A DNA stretch of 64,000 nt from Bugula neritina (taxonomy: Eukaryota; Animalia; Bryozoa): assembly GCA_964035545.1 (NCBI GenBank), contig OZ037768.1, positions 14,641,675 to 14,705,674 of the forward strand, in the 5' to 3' direction. Below the pieces are notes generated by a model. It was not told where the DNA came from. It saw only the letters and a list, made by a program, of their open reading frames with translations, and did not search any database. How positions within the stretch are numbered: position 1 is the first letter of the stretch; every line of letters begins with the position of its first letter. Positions 17,130 through 26,689 of the stretch are shown here, in pieces. Made by a program: the position numbers and the translations under genes.

Positions 17130-20100
17130 TACCGAAATATATGGTAACCTACTGAAATATGTTTCAAACTACTGAAATATACAGCAACATACTGAAATAC
17201 ACCGTAACATACTGAAATACACTGCAACATACTGAAATACACTGTACCATATTGAAATACACTGCAACACACTGAAATATACTGAAACATACCGAAATAC
17301 ATGGTAGCCTACTGAAATATGTTGCAAACCACTGAAACATATTGCAACATCCTGCAACAAAAAGATTTATACGGTAACACACTGAAGCATACTGCAATAT
17401 ACTGAAATACACTGTAACATACTAAGGCATTCTGCAACATACCAAAAAATATGGTAACCTACCGAAATATGTTACAAACTACTGAAACATAATGCAAACT
17501 TCCTGCACCATAATGAAATATACTGCAACATACTGAATGATACTGCAACATACTGCAACATACTGAAATACACTGTAGAATACTGAAATTAACTGCAACA
17601 TACTGAAATATACTGCAAGATACTGCAACATACTGAAATACATTGTAAGATACCTAAATACACTGCAACATACTGCAACATACTGCAACATGTTGAAATA
17701 CACTGTAACATATTGAAAAACACTGCAACACATTTAAATATACCGCAACGTACCGAAGTATATGGTAGCCTACTGAAATATACTGCGGCATATTGAAATA
17801 TACTGCAACATACTGAAATATGCTGTAACATACTGAAAGATACTGCAAGATACTGCAACATACTGAAACACATTGTAAGATACTGAAATACACTGCAACA
17901 TACTGCAACATACTGCAACATACTGCAACATACTGAAATACACTGTAACATATTGAAAAACACTGACACACATTGAAATATACTGCAACATACTGAAACA
18001 TACGGCAACATACTGAAATATACTGCGACACATTGAAATATACTGCAACATACTGAAATATGCTGTAGCATACTGAAATACACTGCAACACACTGAATTA
18101 TACTGTAATATACAGAACTTTACTGTAACATACTGAAATATACATCAACATACTGAAATGTACTGCAACATGCTGAAATATACTGCAACATACTGAAATA
18201 CACTGTAACACACTGAATTACACTGCAACATACTGAAATACACTGTTACACATTAAAATACACCGCAACACACTGAAATATACTGAAACATACCGAAATA
18301 TATGGTAACCTACTGAGACATGTTGCAAACCACTGAAACATACTGCAACATCCTGCAACAAAATGAAATTTACTGTAACACACTGAAACAGAGTGCAAAA
18401 TACTGAAACATACTGTAACATACTAAGGCATACTGCAACATACTGAAATATAATGCAACATACTGAAATATGCTGTAACATACTGAAAGATACTGCAAGA
18501 TACTGCAACATACTGAAACACATTGTAAGATACTGAAATACACTGCAACATACTGCAACATACTGCAACATACTGCAACATACTGCAACATACTGAAATA
18601 CACTGTAACATATTGAAAAACACTGACACACATTGAAATATACTGCAACATACTGAAACATACGGCAACATACTGAAATATACTGCGACACATTGAAATA
18701 TACTGCAACATACTGAAATATGCTGTAGCATACTGAAATACACTGCAACACACTGAAGTATACTGTAATATACAGAACTTTACTGTAACATACTGAAATA
18801 TACATCAACATACTGAAATGTACTGCAACATGCTGAAATATACTGCAAGATACTGAAATACACTGTAACATACTGAATTACACTGCAACATACTGAAATA
18901 CACTGTTACACATTAAAATACACTGCAACACACTGAAATATACTGAAACACACCGAATTATATGGTAACCTACTGAAATATGTTGCAAACTACTGAAACA
19001 TACTGCCACATCCTGCAACAAAATGAAATATACTGTAACACACTGAAACATACTGCAAAATACTGAAATTAACTGTGACATACTAAGACATACTGCAACA
19101 TACTGAAATATAATGCAACATACTGAAATATACTCCAACATACTAAAATACACTGCAACACACTGCAACATACTGAAATATACTGTAACATATTGAAATA
19201 CACTGCAACATACTGCAACATATCGAAATACACTGCAACACATTGGAATATTCTGCAACATACCGAAATATATTGTAACCTACTGAATTATGTTACAAAC
19301 TACTGAAGTATACTGGAACATACTGCAACATAATGAAATATACTGCAACATACTGAAAGATACTGCAACATACTGCAACATACTGAAGTACACTGCAACA
19401 CATTGAAATATACTGCAACATACCGAAATATATGGTAACCTACGGAAACATGTTGCAAACCACTGAAACACACTGCAACATACTGCACCATAATGAATTA
19501 TACTGCAACATACTGATAGATACTGCAACATACTGCAACATACTGAAACACACTGTAGAATACTGAAATATACTGCAACATACTGAAATATACTGCAAGA
19601 TACTGCAACACACTGAAATACATTGTAAGATACCTAAATACACTGCAACATTCTGCAAGATACTGCAACATATTGAAATACACTGTAACATATTGAAAAA
19701 TACTGCAACACATTGAAATATACCGCAACATACCGAAATATATGGTAACCTACTGAAATATGTTTCAAACTACTGAAATATACAGCAACATACTGAAATA
19801 CACCGTAACATACTGAAATACACTGCAACATACTGAAATACACTGTACCATATTGAAATACACTGCAACACACTGAAATATACTGAAACATACTGAAATA
19901 CATGGTAGCCTACTGAAATATGTTGCAAACCACTGAAACATACTGCAACATCCTGCAACAAAAAGATTTATACGGTAACACACTGAAGCATACTGCAATA
20001 TACTGAAATACACTGTAACATACTAAGGCATTCTGCAACATACCAAAAAATATGGTAACCTACCGAAATATGTTACAAACTACTGAAACATAATGCAAAC

Positions 20101-21710
20101 TTCCTGCACCATAATGAAATATACTGCAACATACTGGATGATACTGCAACATACTGCAACATACTGAAATACACTGTAGAATACTGAAATTTCCTGCAAC
20201 ATACTGAAATATACTGCAAGATACTGCAACATACTGAAATACATTGTAAGATACCTAAATACACTGCAACATACTGCAACATACTGCAACATGTTGAAAT
20301 ACACTGTAACATATTGAAAAACACTGCAACACATTTAAATATACCGCAACGTACCGAAGTATATGGTAGCCAACTGAAATATACTGCGCATATTGAAATA
20401 TACTGCAACATACTGAAATATGCTGTAACATACTGAAAGATACTGCAAGGTACTGCAACATACTGAAACACATTGTAAGATACTGAAATACACTGCAACA
20501 TACTGCATTATACTGCAACATACTGCAACATACTGAAATACACTGTAACATATTGAAAAACACTGACACACATTGAAATATACTGCAACATACTGAAACA
20601 TACGGCAACATACTGAAATATACTGCGACACATTGAAATATACTGCAACATACTGAAATATGCTGTAGCATACTGAAATACACTGCAACACACTGAAATA
20701 TACTGTAATATACAGAACTTTACTGTAACATACTGAAATATACATCAACATACTGAAACGTACTGCAACATGCTGAAATATACTGCAACATACTGAAATA
20801 CACTGTAACACACTGAATTACACTGCAACATACTGAAATACACTGTTACACATTAAAATACACCGCAACACACTGAAATATACTGAAACATACCGAAATA
20901 TATGGTAACCTACTGAGACATGTTGCAAACCACTGAAACATACTGCAACATCCTGCAACAAAATGAAATTTACTGTAACACACTGAAACAGAGTGCAAAA
21001 TACTGAAACATACTGTAACATACTAAGACATACTGCAACATACTGAAATATAATGCAACATACTGAAATATGCTGTAACATACTGAAAGATACTGCAAGA
21101 TACTGCAACATACCGAAACACATTGTAAGATACTGAAATACACTGCAACATACTGCAACATACTGCAACATACTGCAACATACTGCAACATACTGAAATA
21201 CACTGTAACATATTGAAAAACACTGACACACATTGAAATATACTGCAACATACTGAAACATACGGCAACATACTGAAATATACTGCGACACATTGAAATA
21301 TACTGCAACATACTGAAATATGCTGTAGCATACTGAAATACACTGCAACACACTGAAGTATACTGTAATATACAGAACTTTACTGTAACATACTGAAATA
21401 TACATCAACATACTGAAATGTACTGCAACATGCTGAAATATACTGCAAGATACTGAAATACACTGTAACATACTGAATTACACTGCAACATACTGAAATA
21501 CACTGTTACACATTAAAATACACTGCAACACACTGAAATATACTGAAACACACCGAATTATATGGTAACCTACTGAAATATGTTGCAAACTACTGAAACA
21601 TACTGCCACATCCTGCAACAAAATGAAATATACTGTAAGACACTGAAACATACTGCAAAATACTGAAATTAACTGTGATATACTAAGACATACTGCAACA
21701 TACTGAAATA
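17130..21710. repeat. Higher-order repeat, period 2,600-2,601 bp
   Basis: ORF pairs 17164/19765 and 18218/20818. An overlapping 2,913-bp offset (15965/18878) is also present. Boundaries approximate. Confidence 0.82.
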
Positions 21711-23047
21711 TACTTCAACATACTAAAATACACTACAACACACTGCAACATAACGAAACATAGTGCAACATACTGAAATACACTGTAACATACTGAATTA
21801 CACTGCAACATACTGTAACATACTGAAGTTGACTGCAACACATTGAAATATATTGCAACATACCGAATTATACTTCAACATACTGAAAAATACCGAAAAA
21901 TATTGAAACATGCTGTAATACACTGTAACATACTGAAATACACTGTAACATATTGAAATACACTGCAACACACTGAAGTATACTGAGATATACAGAAATG
22001 TACTGTAACATACTGAAACATGCGGCAACTTACTAAAATAAACTGCGACACATTAAAATATACTGCAACATACTAAAATATGCTGTAGCATACTGAAATA
22101 CACTGCAAAACACGGAAGTATACTGAAATATACAGAAATTCACTGTAACATACTGAAACATACGTCAACATACTGAAATGTACTACAGCACACTGCAATA
22201 TACTGAAACATACCGAAATATATGGTAACCTACTGAGGCACGTTGCAAACCACTGAAACATACTGCAACATACTGCGACAAAACGAATTATACTGTAACA
22301 CACTGAAACATACCGCAAAATACTGGATTATACTGTAACATATTAGGACATACTGCAACATACTGAAATATAATGCAACTTACTGCAAGATAATGAAATA
22401 TACTGCAACATACTGCAACATACCGAAATATATGGTAACCTACTGAATTATGTTTCAAACTACTGAAATATACAGCAACATACTGAAATACACCGTAACA
22501 TACTGAAATACACTGCAACATACTGAAATACACTGTACCATATTGAATTACACTGCAACACACTGAAATATACTGAAACATACTGAAATACATGGTAGCT
22601 TACTGAAATATGTTGCAAACCACTGAAACATACTGCAACATCCTGCAACAAAAAGATTTATACGGTAACACACTGAAGCATACTGCAATATACTGAAATA
22701 CACTGTAACATACTAAGGCATTCTGCAACATACCGAAAAATTTGGTAACCTACCGAAATATGTTACAAACTACTGAAACATAATGCAAACTTCCTGCACC
22801 ATAATGAAATATACTGCAACATACTGAATAATACTGCAGCATACTGCAACATACTGAAATACACTGTAGAATACTGAAATTAACTGCAACATACTGAAAT
22901 ATACTGCAAGATACTGCAACATACTGAAATACATTGTAAGATACCTAAATACACTGCAACATACTGCAACATACTGCAACATGTTGAAATACACTGTAAC
23001 ATGTTGAAAAACACTGCAACACATTTAAATATACCGCAATGTACCGA

Positions 23048-23049
23048 AG
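23048..23049 (+). other. Target-site duplication AG (left copy)
   Basis: Filled site reads ...GTACCGA[AG]-CACAG...CTGTG-[AG]TATATGG; empty site reads GTACCGA[AG]TATATGG. Confidence 0.9.
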
Positions 23050-23214
23050 CACAGTTAGTTTAAGGTCATTACTTTCCAGATTCAGGCACTGCTTTATGTT
23101 ATATATAAACGGTTTCCAGGGGATAGCTCGAACAGTTTTTGTCTCACATTAACAAATTTTACATGAAAAGATAGCTCTTGCATTCCTCTTTCATATACTT
23201 TTTTAATTTTTCAA
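23050..23214 (+). repeat. Left terminal inverted repeat (imperfect, ~165 bp)
   Basis: Blocks shared with the right end: terminal 20-mer, TGCTTTATGTT (23090), GATAGCTCGAACAG (23122-23135), ATGAAAAGATA (23163-23173), ATATACTTTTTTA (23193). Confidence 0.9.
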
Positions 23215-23949
23215 TAAAAAATTTTCTGAGAAAGTTGTTGCATAATAAGTAAAATTTTACACCCTCCATGTTCCACTGCTGTAGCACAGGGGATTCATTT
23301 TATAAAGTCTAAAAGTTAAACTTGACATTCCTTGATATGTTTTCTCTAATATACTTTCTTTGTTTTTTGAAATTCTGTTTATGCTCTTCACAATTTGGTA
23401 AAAACATACACCATTTTGCAAGTTTCACTGCAATTTTCTAAATTCTTCATATGGTGGTTCTAGCTACGCTCCTGTGACTAATTATAACATTCCTAGTACG
23501 TTTGCCGCTCTGCGCTATCACAATAACATATAGTACCCTCTCGCACAAATTGGCAATCTATTGGATTTCTGCCAATATAATGTTCCCTGTTTTACATTAG
23601 CACTTAGCTGAATCATCTCACTATGTTACAATAATATATTGAAAATGCCTCAGCACAACATAATTCTTTGTTTGTTTGGCAGAGTTAATTTCAGTTAAAT
23701 CACTTCACTTTGCAGTCTTGTCAGTAAAGGTCTGTCTATAGCGCAGCAGGTGTATACTTTCAGTTTCTCTAATTCACATATGATTATTTTAAGTACATTG
23801 TATTCTATAAGATCAATTTAAGGTTTAGCCTAGTGTTCAGTAGCTAAGTATTATGCATGTATGTTGTCTTACTGTTGAACAAAAGTTGAAAAAAACTTTA
23901 CAATTATAGCCATATTTATTATACATGCGTAGGATTTGCATAAATTGAC

Positions 23950-23957
23950 AAAAAAAA
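23950..23957 (-). terminator. Pol III-type oligo(dT) terminator (T8 on minus strand)
   Basis: A8 run on the + strand directly downstream of the minus-strand tRNA-like unit. Confidence 0.55.
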
Positions 23958-24030
23958 TTGCAACATACTAGGATTGAACCATGACCATCCAACTTCTCGC
24001 CGACGCCTTTAACCTCTGGACCACGCAGTC
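23958..24030 (-). ncRNA. Degenerate tRNA-derived Pol III unit (pseudo-tRNA or SINE-head-like) inside the transposon
   Basis: Minus strand reads GACTGCG-TGGTCCAGAGGTTAAAGGCG-TCGGC-GAGAA-GTTGG-ATGGTC-ATGGTTCAATCC-TAGTATGTTGCAA-T8. It has an A box (TGGTCCAGAGG) and a B box (GGTTCAATCC, 23971-23980) at tRNA-like spacing. The acceptor stem pairs poorly and the anticodon loop is only 5 nt, so it is not a functional tRNA. Confidence 0.7.
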
Positions 24031-24944
24031 ACCGTTAATGGAACGCGCACTATTTGAGTCACTATCATTACATAAATATTTCGCGCGCAAATGGGTTATA
24101 ATTATTAGGCTGTCAATTCATGTTGATAGCAGTCAAAGCAAATGGTTTTGAACAAATAACCCAAAAGTTTAAAAATAAGTAGCTTGCGTATTACTAGCTA
24201 CAAAAACAGGTCTGAAATAGACTGGTAAAGCAAGCTCTTATTGTAGAGTTTGCAGATGTGCTCTAAAATAAAACTTAAACTGTATGCTATTACATAAGTA
24301 TTTGTATGCGAGAGATAAATGGACATTACTGAGTTTCTGGAAAACAACATACTTGAAGTTAACTTTGACAATGGTGTGTTATTTTCATCATAGCTAGCCT
24401 ATAGCATAAATCTCTAATCATATGAATCTTTATGAAGCCCACAGCTCATGTAAGGGTGGCAATGTAATTTGAAATGAACAATTATGTTGCTGCATTGTGT
24501 CTAAGGTATATTAGAGAGCAGAATTTGGTTTTACTAGCCTACCCCAACGGCATTCTACAATGCAGCTTATATGCTGGCAGTTGTAATAAGTACTGCCAAT
24601 AGCAAGGTTACTATCACTGCTAGCTCTGTGCAGCATGTAACCTCTTGAATAATTGCGCCAATTTTAAACTCTTGGAAGTTGGCCAAGTTATCATATCGCA
24701 GCCAGCCACCGGAGACAAAGCATCAGAGCTATTCATATAATATTATACTGATGCACTTGGTAGCAGAGTGGCTAATCTAATATAGTTCATAGTTCAACAC
24801 CCTTTACTTTGGGAATACAGCCTCTTTTTTTAGGTTTACCTAACAAAGCATGAAAATATCTAAACTGATATTCTGATAATTTAGAGGTACATTTTGAAAA
24901 CTAGGTTAATTGCACTTGTTTGCGAAACAACAATAATAAAATAG

Positions 24945-25020
24945 ATATTATGCAGTATAATAAAAACACACATAATACTATATAATATATTATAATGATA
25001 ATAATATAATATTATAAGTA
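24945..25020. repeat. AT-rich low-complexity (TA/TAA) tract inside the transposon
   Basis: TATATAATATATTATAATGATAATAATATAATATTATAA. Confidence 0.7.
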
Positions 25021-25420
25021 CCATTACTGCATTTTATAAATCACATGGTTGCCAAAAAAATGTATCACAAATTTTGTAATTATACATCAAAAAGAGAACT
25101 AGCTAGGCAGCAGGTTAGAATAGAGTAAATTTTTAAAACATGAAATCATGATTTGACTATTGTTTTATTTAGGCCAACCAACCTAGGAATACAAGATTGG
25201 GTTTTAGCTGACAGTTTATATTTTATAACATTTAGCTTTTGAGCCAGCAGCACTGGCACTTGTGAAGTATAGGCAAAGTTAGTGAAGCGAGACTAATAAG
25301 CACTCAAATACAAGGCATATTATTGAGACACAATAACAAGTCAGGAGCGTATAAATTGAAAAGAATGTGGAAGGGGGACTATGTTTTTCAACAAGCTATA
25401 ACTTAAACATGAATTGGCTT

Positions 25421-25594
25421 TTGAAAAAAATAAAAAAGTATATTGGAGAACATAAATTTCTTTATCTTTTCATATTTTTTTTGTTCCTGTGACATTCAAC
25501 CTGTTCGAGCTATCAGTGGAACATTGTTCATATAGAACATAAAGCACCTGGCAAAGAGCCAGAAAATGAAAAGTATGACCTTAAACCAACTGTG
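25421..25594 (-). repeat. Right terminal inverted repeat (imperfect, ~174 bp)
   Basis: Reverse complements of the left blocks: AACATAAAGCA (25536-25546), CTGTTCGAGCTATC (25501-25514), TATCTTTTCAT (25463-25473), TAAAAAAGTATAT (25431-25443). Each lies 8 bp further from the end than its left counterpart. Confidence 0.9.
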
Positions 25595-25596
25595 AG
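25595..25596 (+). other. Target-site duplication AG (right copy)
   Basis: AG immediately follows the terminal ACTGTG and duplicates 23048-23049. Confidence 0.9.
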
Positions 25597-26689
25597 TATA
25601 TGGTAGCCTACTGAAATATACTGCGACATATTGAAATATACTGCAACATACTGAAATATGCTGTAACATACTGAAAGATACTGCAAGATACTGAAACATA
25701 CTGAAACACATTGTAAGATACTGAAATACACTGCAACATACTGCAACATACTGCAACATACTGCAACATACTGAAATACACTGTAACATATTGAAAAACA
25801 CTGACACACATTGAAATATACTGCAACATACTGAAACATACGGCAACATACTGAAATATACTGCGACACATTGAAATATACTGCAACATACTGAAATATG
25901 CTGTAGCATACTGAAATACACTGCAACACACTGAAGTATACTGTAATATACAGAACTTTACTGTAACATACTGAAATATACATCAACATACTGAAATATA
26001 CTGCAACATACTGAAATACACTGTAACATACTGAATTACAATGCAACATACTGAAATACACTGTTACACATTAAAATACACTGCAACACACTGAAATATA
26101 CTGAAACACACCGAATTATATGGTAACCTACTGAAATATGTTGCAAACTACTGAAACATACTGCCACATACAGCAACAAAATGAAATATACTGTAACACA
26201 CTGAAACATACTGCAAAATACTGAAATTAACTGTGACATACTAAGACATACTGCAACATACTGAAATATAATGCAACATACTGAAATATACTCCAACATA
26301 CTAAAATACACTGCAACACACTGCAACATACTGAAATATACTGTAACATATTGAAATACACTGCAACATACTGCACCATATCGAAATACACTGCAACACA
26401 TTGGAATATTCTGCAACATACCGAAATATATTGTAACCTACTGAATTATGTTACAAACTACTGAAATATACTGGAACATACTGCAACATAATGAAATATA
26501 CTGCAACATACTGAAAGATACTGCAACACACTGCAACATACTGAAGTACACTGCAACACATTGAAATATACTGCAACATACAGAAATATATGGTAACCTA
26601 CGGAAACATGTTGCAAACCACTGAAACACACTGCAACATACTGCACCATAATGAATTATACTGCAACATACTGAAAGATACTGCAACAT

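Larger units (their letters stand above)
1..23049. repeat. 10-bp satellite array, left arm (TGCAACATAC / TGAAATAYAC / TGTAACATAC monomers)
   Basis: Continuous 10-bp periodicity that stays in register with the 10-nt print blocks over kilobases. One orientation, A-rich and G-poor + strand. Runs off the left edge of the window. Confidence 0.99.
23050..25594. mobile_element. Non-autonomous TIR DNA transposon, 2,545 bp, probable CMC (CACTA/EnSpm-like) group
   Basis: Left end CACAGTTAGTTTAAGGTCAT versus reverse complement of the right end CACAGTTGGTTTAAGGTCAT (19/20 match). Flanked by an AG duplication. The empty site GTACCGAAGTATATGGTAGC occurs 13 times elsewhere in the window. The ORF track lists no ORF lying fully inside it. 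The superfamily call is inferred from CAC termini plus a 2-bp TSD. Confidence 0.93.

Noticed and set aside
23050-23056. RAG/Transib transposon or V(D)J recombination signal (CACAGTT resembles CACAGTG)
   Set aside because: The TSD is 2 bp rather than 5 bp, there is no ACAAAAACC nonamer at 12/23 spacing, and no RAG1-like coding sequence is visible. Kept only as an analogy.
23958-24030. Functional tRNA gene
   Set aside because: The acceptor and T stems are mispaired and the anticodon loop is 5 nt, so no anticodon can be assigned.
24319-24393. Short + frame MDITEFLENNILEVNFDNGVLFSS
   Set aside because: Only 24 codons with no recognisable motif. It cannot be supported without a homology search.
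23050-25594. Element length (2,545 bp) close to the 2,541-bp HOR period
   Set aside because: That HOR is several kb away and periods vary widely, so this is most likely coincidence.
25496-26061. ORFs 25496..25921 and 25528..26061 with non-repetitive C-termini
   Set aside because: These are satellite frames reading through into the right TIR. They are not genes.
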